Below are positions 1-12,884 of a DNA stretch of 64,000 bases, piece by piece. A program made the position numbers and the translations under genes. Positions within the stretch are counted from its first letter, which is position 1, and the number at the start of each line of letters is the position of its first letter. The notes beneath the pieces were generated by a model, which did not search any database, was not told the origin of the DNA, and saw nothing but the letters and a program-made list of their open reading frames with translations. The stretch comes from Eledone cirrhosa (lineage: Eukaryota): positions 75,144,001 to 75,208,000 of the forward strand of contig OZ024744.1 of NCBI GenBank assembly GCA_964016885.1, given 5' to 3'.

Positions 1-393
1 TAAGCATACAGCTGCCTCTTTGTAATAGACAATAAAATATTTTATTCATAGTTTGTTTAAGAATCATTCATTATTACAGGTGTTAAACTATCAGATATAA
101 CAGAGCATCAGACTAAATTACCTTACAGTAGTTTTGTTTCTGTTCCTTTTTGTGTTCCAAAATAGCATGGTAACAATTATCTCTTTCATCATTTATAAAT
201 TAAAAACACAAACATCTGTAAAACATTTACAAAATTTTACTATATTTATATCTTCGAAAATTAACAAATAATCGCTTTTTTTAAACATTTAGAAAGGACT
301 TCACACTCAACAAAAGCCTGTCTAGAAATATATTTGATTTACATTCTTGATATGTCGTGTTAAATCTGTTTTAACTACTGTGATTTGAATCTG

Positions 394-500
<107 letters not shown>

Positions 501-723
501 ATACACACATGTATACATACATATATATATTTATATATATATATTTAAAACTACAGATCTTTATAAATATAGGTGTCTAATATTGAACTACATATACATA
601 AAAGAGGTGTTTATTAGTAAATCGCTATTAATAGATGCAAAGAGAATGCTTATTGATGAATTTTTCTAACAAAATTATCTACGTTTTCTATATCATGCTG
701 TTTTCAAAGTAAGCATTATTATT

Positions 724-909
724 GGTGAATTGGCAGTATCGGTAGAGGGTCGGATGCCATGTTTGACGCATAGAATTACGGCTCTTGGCATTCTGAGTTC
801 AAATCCCGCCGAGCATAATTTTGCCTTTCATCCTTACGGGGTCGATAACATATAGTACCAGTAATACACTGGGATAATTGCTGGCCTCGTGCCAAAAGTA
901 GAAACAATT
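724..909 (+). mobile_element. tRNA-derived SINE, family A
   Basis: A-box-like TGGCAGTATCGG, B box GAGTTCAAATCC, body TTTGCCTTTCATCCTTACGGGGTCGATAA, 3' end AGAAACAATT then (ATT)n; more than 10 copies in the window. Confidence 0.9.
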
Positions 910-1103
910 ATTATTATTATTCTAGCCTTAATGAGCAAGCTTAATAGAAATGGAGTGAATAATGGCATCTCTCTCTTTCCCTCTCTCATTCTCTCTGCAT
1001 ATATGGATGAAGATATATATATATATATTTATATATATATATATATATAAGCAAAGGAAATAGAAAACGTAACTGGAGTCGTTTTAAGAATATTTATTTA
1101 TTT

Positions 1104-1140
1104 CCTTTACCGGTTTCACAGTTCTTTTGCTTTTCAAAAT
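1104..1140 (-). ncRNA. hammerhead-like motif, U3-A8 core variant
   Basis: Minus strand TTGAAAA-GCAaaagaacTGT-GAAA-CCGG-TA; homologous copy at 52873-52910; stem I only about 2 bp. Confidence 0.45.
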
Positions 1141-1310
1141 TAGTATTGAGATGGAGGGTTTGTGGTTTTTCTCGCATGGAACTAGCTGTTGAAACGGCAA
1201 TATGTCAGCTGTAGGGGCTCCGACTCTTTTTAATATAGTCATATTCTACTTTCACAAGTATCGAATACTCTGTTGAGTATCGGTCTTAATATTCTAAAAG
1301 TAGTTCAATA

Positions 1311-1344
<34 letters not shown>

Positions 1345-1385
1345 TACATACATATCAACTATTGGTATACAGATTCATTTATATA

Positions 1386-1421
<36 letters not shown>

Positions 1422-1718
1422 TGTGTATATATATATATATACATGTATTTGATATAAATGATTCTGTGTACCAATAGTTGACAGGCACTACTGTATAAAA
1501 TATATATATATTTTTTTTTTCAGTAAGTGCATCTGCTCCAGTTTTAAGCAAAATACTACAATTATAGCGCTTGTAGTACTGAAAGATATACCCTCTGGGG
1601 GAGATTAACAACATGTATATGTATGTACATTTATATAAGTCATATAGCTATCTATATATGTGGAAGTAAATGCATACATACACACTACATACGTACATAC
1701 ATTTACACATAAATGCAC

Positions 1719-1827
<109 letters not shown>

Positions 1828-2129
1828 TGTCAATTAGCATGCTACCTATGTTTCATATCCGGACCTTGAAACATGTTTTTTGTTCCTAGAGAATTAAAAG
1901 AATTGTATATTTCAGACGGATGGTCTCAACTACCTGGTAATCTCTTCACCGTGTTAATCCTAATAAATAATCCCAAAAGCTGGCTTAGTCCTTTCTGCTC
2001 TAATCAGATAAGCAGTAGTAAATGGGAGAAGGTGTAAGTATTATTGCTTTTGACTGACACGTTCTCATATTGAAATTAACCAATGATAACTGTAAACAAT
2101 ATATACTAGTATATCATTATCAGGTGATA

Positions 2130-2840
2130 AAGAAGAATGAAGGAAAGAACGAAAGGAGAGGAGAGTAATGGAAAAAGAAAGAAAAGAAAGAAAGCGAAAG
2201 AGAGACAGAGTGTGATAGGAGAAGAAAGAAAGGAAAGAAAGAAAGAGAGAGAGAGAAAGTATGATAGGAGAAGAAAGAAAGGAAAGAAAGAAAGAAAGAA
2301 AAAGAAAAGGCAAATGAATAAAAGAGTGGGATAGAGCAAATGGCAGATACAACGATAAAATGCTGTTGTTGATGTCACCGGAGGTGATGGTGATGATGAT
2401 GATGATGATTGTGGTGGTGGTGATGATGATGATGATGATGACGATTGTGCTGGTGGTGATGTTGCTACTGATGATAATGATGATTGGAAAAGGTGATGAT
2501 AATGGTGATGACGTTGATGATAATGATGATAATGATGAGAGTGTTGGTGGGGGGATGTTAATGGTCGTTTTGGTTTTGCTGTCGGTAGTGCTGGCGGTGG
2601 TGGTGGTGGTGGTGGTGGTGGTGGTGATAGTGCTTGTGGTGGTTTTAGTGATGGTTGTAGTGTTGTTGTTGGAGGTGGTGATTTTGTTTGTTAGGGTGAT
2701 GGTGGCAGCGTGTCTGGTGGTGGTGGTGGTGGTGGTGGTTGTGATGGTGGTGGTGGTGTTTTTGTTGGTGGAGGTGATTTTGTTTGTTAGGGTGATGGTG
2801 GTAGCGTGTCTGCTGGTGGAGGTGGTGGTGGTTGTGGTGA
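2130..2840. repeat. low-complexity GAAA-rich then (GAT/GGT)n tracts
   Basis: Read directly; explains the spurious K/E/R and V/M/H ORFs. Confidence 0.9.
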
Positions 2841-3135
2841 GAGCTAATCAAATCATTAAAGGTTGTCTTTCATCTAGAAAATGTAATTAATCAACAATAC
2901 AATGTGGTACAAAAGTTAACACTTGATGAGTAAATGTCAGTGATTAATTAATAATCACCTCACCCAGCTGACCTATATTTCAATAAACCCAACCTACCTA
3001 TGCTGAATTCAGTTTTGCCCACTCACACATACACCCCCCCCCCCCACACACACACAGACTTTATCTTTCTCCCTCGGCATATATATATGTATATATACAT
3101 GCACATACTTGCACACACATACACACACACACACA

Positions 3136-3184
<49 letters not shown>

Positions 3185-3256
3185 ATATGTATATATATAT
3201 ATATATATATAAATATATACATATATATATAAGGGATAACAAGTTATCGTTATAGG

Positions 3257-3315
<59 letters not shown>

Positions 3316-3593
3316 CTTAATAAATGAATTTATGCACACATCTAGTTTTTATATAGTTTTAGTTTTGTTTAGTGAGATGTAAACTAAGATTAACTTTAAA
3401 TTCGCATTGATATAGTTCAATTTATTTTATGTGTGTTTGTCTAGCTTTACAAAGGGAACATGAACCACAAGGCTTTACCATGATTTAATTTTACCATGTT
3501 ATTCATTTTACCGGCTCACTCTTTATTTTTTAAATAAAATTATTTAAAAATATATATATGTAGAATGGTTGAACTCATTATTCTAGTAGAATA

Positions 3594-3626
<33 letters not shown>

Positions 3627-3637
3627 GTTGTTGTTTT

Positions 3638-4063
3638 TTGAGTCTCAGTCATTGATGTTAGTTAAATGGAAAGATTGTTGAAATGAATATCAAGCCATTA
3701 CCTGCAGCCTCAGATATTCAGGACGTATCGGAGGGTTCTTGCTGTTCCCAGCAAGCATGCCTTTCGAAGCGTTCCAAAAAGCGTGAAGGGGCCGATTTTC
3801 TTTAACCATCCCTGGAAACTTTTGGAGATAGTCCCCAGTGCGCCTATGACAATCGGGATCACTTTGACTTCATGGCAGTTCCAAATCCTTTTCACCTCCC
3901 ACTTTAGGTCCTGGTATCGGTTAATTTTCTCCCTCTCCTTCTCTTGCACTCTCGTGTCGAACGGGCAGGCCACATCCACAATCAGGCACGATCTTTTTTC
4001 TTTGTCCAAAACCACCAGGTCAGGACTATTGTGTTCCAGTTTCTTGTCCGTCTGTATCCTAAA
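3638..4063 (-). mobile_element. 5'-truncated R4/Dong-clade retrotransposon (RLE domain and 3'UTR)
   Basis: HNSPDLVVLDK..CLIVDVACPFD..EKINRYQDLK..VIPIVIGALG in ORF 3710-4171; (ATT)n on both sides (3594-3626, 4064-4097). Confidence 0.85.
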
Positions 4064-4098
<35 letters not shown>

Positions 4099-4241
4099 AG
4101 TTGCATTTATCTTGCTTTATGTTCATACGAGTTATCACCAAGTCACAACCAGTGACCTCAAGAGACAACAAGGTCCGCTATGTTCAAGAAAGAACATACA
4201 TATTCACACATGCATCTTTAGTGTTTAGACTTGTGATGTAC

Positions 4242-4820
4242 TTATATTGACAGAATCTTCCTTAGTATATGGGCAGTTCCCATTAGTACTATCTTTTGTA
4301 TTTCTCCTATACGCGGGTTTCCTGGGATTTGCGATAAGTAATCATTAGACCCCTTATGTATCATTCCCAGAGCGCCTACAACCACTGGTATTGTTTTAGT
4401 TCTCAATTTCCACATTTTTCCAATTTCTATCTCCAGGTCCTTATACTTGCTCAATTTTTCAAATGTTTTTATAGATACATTCTTGTCTATTGGAACAGAC
4501 ATATCAATTAGCAGGCATACCCTCTTTTGAAAGTCTTTCAATATTATATCAGGTCTGTTTGCATCTATTTTTCGTTCTGTTTGGATGCTAAAGTTCCACA
4601 AGATTGAGATGTGATCTTTTTCAAGTATGGGAGGTGGTTGATGCTCCCACCAATTCTTTTGATGGGGCAGGTCAAAATGCTTACACATTATCCAATGTAT
4701 GTATTGTGCAGCTCTGTCATGCCTGTTTAGGTATTCGGTTGGAGCTATAGGACTGCACATTGAAATTATATAGTCAATGGTCTCTGGTGTTTTTTGCATA
4801 CACGGCATAATGGGCTGCAC
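4242..4820 (-). pseudogene. R4 element C-terminus: Zn-knuckle remnant and restriction-like endonuclease
   Basis: RHDRAA, NRPDIILKD, LIDMSVP, KLSKYKDL, IPVVVGALG; joined to the RT ORF by a frameshift in an A6 run near 4790-4795. Confidence 0.85.
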
Positions 4821-6835
4821 CCATTTTTTATTATGTTGGCTTGGTCATTTTTTGTTGGCAGACACTGATCTTGTGCGGATATAATCAGTCCTTCAGTCTC
4901 CGATTTCAGTCCAGAGGATGCCAACCACTGATGGGTTAAATTTTTGTCAACATCAGGATTGTTAGCTCGCTCTGGGTATTTTCCATACAGAGGCTTTTCT
5001 TGCCATTTCTTAGCCAGTTTCTGTAGCAGTTCTTTCTTTGCAGTTACTTTTACCTGCTTTGCTTTTTCTGTGTTTTCCATTTCAGCAGTAAATGGGACTT
5101 CTGAAATTTGTAGTCCATTACTGTATCTTTGTGCATCTTTTGTAATGGAATATGATCTTTTGGTGCTTTCGTGTTTCAAAACGAGTTTGATCATCCAATC
5201 ATGTGATTCCCTTAGATATGTGGATAATCCAATTGTTGCAGTTTTCAACGCAATGTCTAACTGGATTAACCCACGTCCTCCTTCTTTCCTAGGGAGATAT
5301 ATTCTATCTATGTCTGCCTTAGGGTGATGCATTCTGTGCATGGTTAAGAATTTTCGGATTTTTGTATCGAGCCTACGGATCTCTGTGCTTGACCAGTTGA
5401 TGACATTGTAACTGTAGGTTACTACTGGTATGGCAAGCGTGTTTATGGCATCGATCCTATTCCTTGCATTCAATTCCGTTCTTAAGATTGCTCTGACTCT
5501 GCGGTAACATTCCTTCCTTATCCTTTCCCTCATTGTCGAGTGCTTGATTCCGTCTCCTTCACAAACACCTAGATATTTGTAAGTTTGTTCTTGATCAAGC
5601 TCTCTTATCACGTTCCCCCGATCAAGATTAATGTCTGAACTCTTCAGCAGCTTTCCTCTGGTGAACGTTGCTTTGGCGCATTTATCCAGTCCAAACTCCA
5701 TTTTAATGTCATCACTGAACTGCTTCACAGTGGATAATAGCCCTTGCAATTGTTCATCATTTTTTGCAAATAGTTTCAGGTCATCCATGTAGAACAGGTG
5801 ATTAATGGTTTTGTCATAGACTCTATATCCATGTTTTGTTTCATTGAGCATTTTACTTAATGGTATAAGTGCGATGCAGAATAAAAGCGGTGATAAAGAG
5901 TCACCCTGAAAAATTCCACAATTAATGTTAACTTCTCCAGCTTCCAGTGATTTTGTTTCACTATTCAAAAGGAGTGTCGTTCTCCATGTCCTCATACTGA
6001 ATGACAAAAACCTCCTGACAACGGGGGATATTTTGAAAATCTCTAAACATTTTTCAATCCAACTGTGTGGCAAACTATCAAATGCTTTTTTATAATCTAT
6101 CCAAGCAATCGATAGATTTTTTTGTCTATTATGACAATCTTCCAGTATCATTTTGTTAACCAAAAGCTGATCCTTACAGCCATATGAGCCTCGTTTACAC
6201 CCTTTCTGCTCAATGGGAAATAGGTCATTTGTTATCAGGTGGTCATATGTGTATTCAGTTAGGACTGATGTTAAAATTTTATACATTGTGGTCAAGCAGG
6301 TTATCGGTCTGTAATTTTTGGGATTGTTTGTCTCATCATTCTTCGGTAGCAGGAATGTAATGCCGTTAACTAGCCATGATGGTATCTTTTCTGGCTCCTT
6401 AACTATTTCATTGTAAAGTTGGGCTAACAGCTCATGAGACTCTGTGAAGGCATTTATCCAAAAGTTTTGTATTTTGTCTTTTCCTGGGGATTTCCATTTG
6501 CTGGTTTTTCTTAGAGCCAAGCGCAGCTGTTCAACTGTTATATTTTCCCATGTTTGTTCTTCAAGGTGAGCTGTTTCTTTCATTTGTCTGTCTATCCATG
6601 GGGCATGTATGTTATGAACTTTTTCTTCGGCCCAGATCTTTTCCCAGAATTCTTGCACTTCCTCCTTGGGTGGTATTGATTTAGCAGTTATTGTTGACTT
6701 ACCAATTTTTCTGTAGAAGTTTCTTTGGTTGTTTTTGAACATATTATTGTCCTTATAGAATCTAGATCGTTTTTCAAAGCGCCTTATACGAGCAGCTTTG
6801 GCCGACACTTTTTGCTTGATTGTTTCTATCAGCAT
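4766..6835 (-). pseudogene. R4 element reverse transcriptase region
   Basis: KSPGKD, NYRPITCL, WIDYKKAFDS, GIFQGDSLSP, HLFYMDDLKLF, YKYLG, GGRGL. Confidence 0.92.
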
Positions 6836-6874
6836 GTCTATGTCACATGTTGATCTTATACTGTACTTTTTTTT

Positions 6875-7891
6875 TTATTTTCTAAGTTTAGTTTGTTTAA
6901 CATGTTCACCTACTTTATAGTTTGTTAAAATTTCTATGTCAGATCGGAGAAGGTTTATTTGGCGATTGATGTTATCTTGCCAAGTAGATTTCTTGTGGGA
7001 ATTCCTTTGTTTTTTCATCTTCACTCCACATAAGTGAGTGGTGACTTTAGCCGATGCATAATAGAGATGATTTAAGTCAGTAATGTTTATTTTGTTTGTG
7101 ATGATAATGTTTTTGAGAATTATGTTAGTCTTGTGTATTATCTTTTGGTTCTGTTTGGAGTTCTGGATCTTAGGGAGGGTGTCTCGTTCCCCCATGTCAG
7201 ATTCTTTCATTTTCATCCATTCGATCATAATTTCATCCTTCAAGTTGGCAAGTTCATTCTCATTCATTTCTTTATCATTTACGATCTCATTATTTTCATT
7301 TGGAGTTTCATCCTGAGCATGCACTCCCTCCACTTTTTCGCTCCTTTCTTTAATTTGTTCTGTTGCCAGTGATTCCGCCCCAACTCTGGGATTCGAAGTG
7401 TTACAGTTTACCTCGTTTTCACTGACACATGCTTCATTTTCCCTTCGCTGACTTTGTGCTACTAGCTTGATCTGATCAATTTCTATATCAGTTAGTAACT
7501 TTTTTCTTACAATATTTCTTCGTATATTGGCTAGTTTGTTACTGTCAATATAGCCTCTGTTTTCGGGATGTTTCTTTTTCCAGTTGATATATGTTTGCTC
7601 TGTATTCGATGTATTTGATGGGTAGTACATGGCAGTGTAGAAAGCCTCAAGGACTTCTTTATTATCTTCCCTTGACCATTTTTCTCTCTTTTTCTTTGGA
7701 TTTCTTGGTGGTGAGCATGGAGGGCCAACAGTAGGAGTATTCCGGTTATGGGAGGTCTCCAGCTCCGAAGTGATGGGAAGGTTTGAACCATTAGCTGATT
7801 TTTCGACCCCAGTCTGGTTCCTCTCTGAGGGACGCGGCCCTTTTTTACCCGGGTGACGGCCGATCCGGTATGAGATTTCATCATTAGACAT
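6875..7891 (-). pseudogene. R4 element N-terminal region
   Basis: 338 aa; same frame as the RT ORF, separated by one in-frame TAA at 6875-6877; R4-like KWSREDNKEV motif. Confidence 0.8.
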
Positions 7892-8265
7892 CTACCTTAT
7901 TTTGTCGCGTTTTATCCTTAACCGCCAAGGGGTAATCTTTTCGTGTTACTACTTCTAGAACGAGTGTCAACCAAGACTAGAGGGGTCGTTCTCCCCTAGA
8001 GACATGGCTATTCCCCGCCGGCCGCCATCCCGGTATTTCTTGGTCACGGGGTTTTCTTTTTGTTGTTTTTTTTAAATTGTTATTATCATGAGTGGTACCT
8101 TAATGTGAGCATTGCGTGGCTTAAGAATGAAATTATTAATAATTGTCTCCACTCCAGGGACAAGGCCAGCAATCACCCAGTGCATTACAATAATATAATA
8201 TACTTTTTGTTGTAGTTGGCTGTTATTGCTGCTGGCTATGTCGGTGGTGGTGCCGGGGCTTTTTA

Positions 8266-8310
<45 letters not shown>

Positions 8311-8322
8311 GGGCGTGGAGTG

Positions 8323-8510
8323 GGCGGTGGAGTGGCAGTATCGGTAGAGGGTCGGGCGCCATGCTTTGCAGCAACGAGTTACGGCTCTTTATGATCTGAG
8401 TTCAAATCCCGCCGAGGTTAACTTTGCCGTTCATCCTTAATGGTCGATAAAATAAAATACCAGTAATGTACTGGGTATTTGCTGGCCTTGTGCCAAAAAG
8501 TAGAAACAAT

Positions 8511-8511
<1 letters not shown>
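8323..8511 (+). mobile_element. SINE family A
   Basis: Same A/B boxes and body as 724-909. Confidence 0.9.
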
Positions 8512-8564
<53 letters not shown>

Positions 8565-8886
8565 CCAGAAATAATAACAGAACGCACTCACTGTTTCGTT
8601 GGCTTTCGCTTCTGTTTCTTTTATATCTCCATGGTTAATTTATTTGGTCCTCAATGTACAGATATAAATATATATATACTCTTTCAAGGTTCATTCGTTG
8701 CACAGCTGCAACATCATCAGTGATACTATTATTATTATGTTCCCTCCTTTTGTATCCTATTGTAATGTCTATAGAAAAGAGTCAGGCCCCCGACGGCTGA
8801 GCTCCGGCCGTATCGACAGCTAGACCCTAAGTATCGAGCACTCTGGTGCGTTATGGTCCACCTGATTTCTTAACACACTTTCTTTG

Positions 8887-8950
<64 letters not shown>

Positions 8951-8976
8951 ATGTATGTACGTATGTATGTATGTCT

Positions 8977-9531
8977 CATGGTCAGGTCGTTGGCGACTAA
9001 ACTGGCAACCCCACCAAGGTTTCTTGGTGAGGAGGGTAACTTTGGACATCCTGCAGGACTAAAAACAAAACATGTCAAAGGGCAAAGGAGCTCTGAAGAG
9101 TCAATGGCCATCCAAAATCACCGGGAGAGATGAGACCTTAGCCTTTGTCAAGGCAGAATTCTAGGAGAAGGAAAACTCTGATATAACACCTGCAACTCTA
9201 ATGGTATCCAATGATGTTGACATGTTCTTCTTTTTGGTAAATATCATCTTGGTTAAGAGAGCGGGACTGGCTTTGTGCAGTGCCTTTACTCACTATAAAA
9301 GCTTCACGGCACAGGCATTGCTTTATATCTGGAGATCTCTCTGCACTTGTCGTCACATGGTACCATGGGCCCAGCACTATGTGTCAATAATTGTCACAAG
9401 TGTAGTGTTTGTACCAGAGTTTTCAAGTCGCTGGCTGGACTAAAAAGTCACACTCGTTCAGCGCATCGGTAGGATTTCTCCTACAAGGATATAAAGTAGT
9501 GGCCGTACTCGAAAACGAGATGGTAGTCACC
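8977..9531 (+). mobile_element. short non-autonomous RTE-like element with (ATGT)n tail
   Basis: Both ends homologous to 59218-59700 (minus); contains CTAGGAGAAGGAAAACTCTG, which I recognise as RTE 5'UTR-like; no ORF. Confidence 0.6.
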
Positions 9532-9594
9532 ATGTATGTATGTATGTATGTATGTATGTATGTATGTATGTATGTATGTATGTATGTATGTATG

Positions 9595-10914
9595 TTTTCT
9601 CTTTCTCTTAATTTTGAGTATATTTTTTTTGACCGGCCACCTTCCTGGTGGCAAGGTTGTAAAAGAAAAGAAATTGTCTTCCCTTGAATCGCAAGAATGT
9701 TTTGCAAATTTTGAAGGTGCCAGCTATCGCAGCCATTTGTAGACTATGAATTAGGGAGCTGCACTTTTTGTCCGCAAATCCAAGTTCAGTCATACTTTGG
9801 TCCAAGCGGATTGGTATATAACCGGTAGCTCCAATAATGATGGGTATGAAGCTAAAGGTGTATCTTGGATACTGGATTTGTAAACTCCCCATCAATGGTC
9901 CGCAGATGTCCTCCTTCTCCTGTATTTTTCTGACAACGTTTACTTCAAGTGGGCAGCTGATCTCCACAACAGAACACGTTTTCAATGTGTGGTCCCAAAC
10001 AACAATATCAGGCCGGTTATGCTTTAATTTGGTGGCAGTTTTTATTTTCAGGTTCCACCAGTATTCCTTAGTGCCATCTGTCTCAATATATTCTTCCTCG
10101 TTTGTTGTTAATTTTGTTTTCCGAAGTGCGTTCCAGATGGTTCTAGCTATCCCATCGTGTCTCATGTCGAGATAGTAGCGATATGACATTCCTTCGCAGC
10201 TGGCAACAATGTGGCTTACATCCTCGATCTTTGTTTTACATAGCCTACATTTATTGTCAGCTGCTGGCCCTCCTCTTTTGTGCAGCAGATATTTAGTAGG
10301 GAGTTCTTGTTCCTGTATTGCATAGAGATATCCCTCAAGATGTGATGTCATAAACTTGTCGGAACTCCATGCCAGGCTTTTTGAGTGGTTTATCCCCGTC
10401 TCAAGTATCCATGCACAACTTTTTCTGTAAATTGGTCTGGGTGAGAGATTTCTCTGGGTGACAGATTTATATCAGGCTTTATTCCATATCTCTCCTCCAG
10501 ATCAGTCGCTATTCTAATGATATTTATTTTTACATGCTCATAAACCTGGGCAAGATGGTTGCCAACCTTTTTCCTCTGTTGAAGGTGTTGCTTCAGTGTT
10601 ACTATCCGGGTCTCATATGCTGTTAATATGGATTTTAGACCCCGGCCACCTTCCTTGCGTGAGAAGTATAGCCTATCCATATCACCATTGATGTTAAAGT
10701 TCCCAGTAACACTGAGAAGTTTGCGAGTTCTAACATACATCTCACTTAGTTCTTGCAATGACCAGTTCAGCAGGCCGAATGTTGGCGTTAGAATTAGCAC
10801 AGCATAAGTATTGTGGGCAATGTATTTGTTGTACGTTGACAATTCTGATGACCATATTTTCTTTACTCTTCTGAGGTATTCAGTTCTGGTTCTCTCCTTA
10901 TTTATGGGTCCATA
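9595..10914 (-). mobile_element. 5'-truncated R4-clade retrotransposon of a distinct family, between (ATGT)n tracts
   Basis: ORFs 10390-10842 (RKEGGRGL) and 9608-10351 (CRLC..HIVASC, RHD, NRPDIVVWD, IPIIIGATG); (ATGT)n at 9532-9594 and 10915-10996. Confidence 0.85.
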
Positions 10915-12084
10915 ATGTATGTATGTATGTATGTATGTATGTATGTATGTATGTATGTATGTATGTATGTATGTATGTATGTATGTATGTATGTATCTAT
11001 ATGGATATATGTATATATGAAATATCTATTTTACAAAATCTCGACTGGTTTCCAATCAAAATTTCTGTTGGTTTTGAGGGTTTCTTCCAAACAAACAATA
11101 TGTACATTAAGAGAAGTATTTAATTTATTTAAATTTTATGATACTCTGACAATCAATTATAGCTTAAGAAGACCATTTCGGTGTCGATTTCACAGATTAG
11201 CTCGTTCGACATGTATGAGTTATTATAGATCAGTTTCACCAACGTTTTGTGAGGAAGGTTTGTGTGGATACACGTTAGATTAAGGAACATATACGTTTCT
11301 TTATTTTTATGCTTCAGTTAAGCACAATAGTTGAAACCATGAGGGAGATTATTTTAACGTGCACGTGACCCTTCTTGTGTAGTTCTAAATCAGTTTTTGT
11401 GTAACACTTAATCTAGATTTGTGCAATAAGTTTACATTTCATGGAAAGTGCTACACAGGCTTACATGATAATATAAGACTTACAACTCTCATTACATGTT
11501 CAAATTAACCCTTATAAATGTTTCTCAAATTCACAAACTGTCAACCACTGTCACCTCTCTGAATGATTTTTGCAGTTCTAAATTCTTTTAAATAAAGCAT
11601 GAACTTGTAACAGAGATCAAAATATCTGTGCGTTAATAAAGCTGATTGATGTATTGTTACAGTGGGTAGAATGAGAAACAATATATATTGTTGAGTTTAG
11701 CACAGCACATATATGTTCGGTAGATTGAATGTTTGTCCCAGATGGCTTTGAACAGGGAACATAATGTTGCTCAGCTAAACACAGCAAGAAATGCTTTACT
11801 ATACTCATCATTCAAAATTAACACCCATATGCCTCTCATTGAAGTCAATAATTCCATAATATTTCATACACATTTTTGAATATCTTAATCAAGTTAAATA
11901 TATTAAAATACATTATCTTTTTTATTTCTATGAATATATTCAGACTAAAGTTTATAAATAACTTTTTAAAACTTCCTTTAAAATATTTACGGGCTTTTAA
12001 GTCAGATTTACTTATATCATAAAAATATAAATCTTAATAATAATATATGGAAACGGTTCGGTGGAGAGAATATATCCATTTTTA

Positions 12085-12310
12085 AAAGACATGAAGTACA
12101 TTACGGCAACTTCCTCTTGACACCGGTCGCCGTTTAGATCTCCGGCGTACTTGGACCCCGTACTGCCGAGCTCCTCCGCAAGATCAGTGTGTCGGAGGCC
12201 CGTCTAAGGAGGGAGGCCCGCGAGATTGGGTGGCTGTTGCAGCGTGTGTCACTGGCCGTCGCCTGGAGGACTGCTTTTGCCGTCTTGTCCGTGGAGCACA
12301 GAACTCGTGC
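12085..12310 (+). mobile_element. CRE-like RLE retrotransposon 3' fragment
   Basis: FLLTPVAV*ISGVLGPRTAELLRKI..REIGWLLQRVSLAV..AFAVL fits the CRE-clade C-terminal pattern. Confidence 0.65.
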
Positions 12311-12884
12311 CCAAAGCCCAATCACCTTCTCCCTTCACCCCTCCCCTCTCATCTGCGACACCATAGCTATTGCCTTCCCCTCCCTTTCCCGTTCTTTTTG
12401 TTCTTTCTTTCTCTCGTTTTTTCCTATATTTCCCTATTTTTTTCTTTCCTTTTGTTTCCCCTTTTTTATTTATTTTATTTCTAACTATGGTTGTTGTTTT
12501 TTTTTGCTTTTGAATAAATTCCAGACATTTGTTCTAAACATAGTTGTTCAAAAAGCCAGCGTTGTCGTAGTTGTTTGATTCGCAGCCAATAATGTTCAGT
12601 CTGTAATCTAAACCGTTGAAACAGATAGGTGTACTGAACATATATCAGAAACGGCTACTGCGTTGTTACTAACTAGTGGTTGGTCGAATGATATACGTTC
12701 GAAACACTAGAACAGAAAACCTGTCGTTTGATCGTAAGCTACTATTCAATGGTTCTTCAAAGAAATAAAAACATCTTATTTTTTCTATTTATTATACAAC
12801 AGACATATATTTACATATATATGTATGTATATGTTTATATATATATATATCTATATTATTATTATTATTATTGTTATTGTTATT

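Larger units (their letters stand above)
4098..8055 (-). mobile_element. near full-length R4/Dong-clade non-LTR retrotransposon
   Basis: One ORF broken in three: N-terminal KWSREDNKEVLEAFY, RT with YMDD, CCHC-like finger and RLE; 3' end abuts (TAA)n; 5' boundary approximate. Confidence 0.9.

Noticed and set aside
724-800. tRNA gene suggested by A/B boxes
   Set aside because: No cloverleaf; it is the head of a multi-copy SINE
1900-2045. Possible micro-exon (tttcag|ACGGATGGTCTCAACTACCTG|gtaatc)
   Set aside because: Splice-like words occur by chance; no recognisable protein or partner exon
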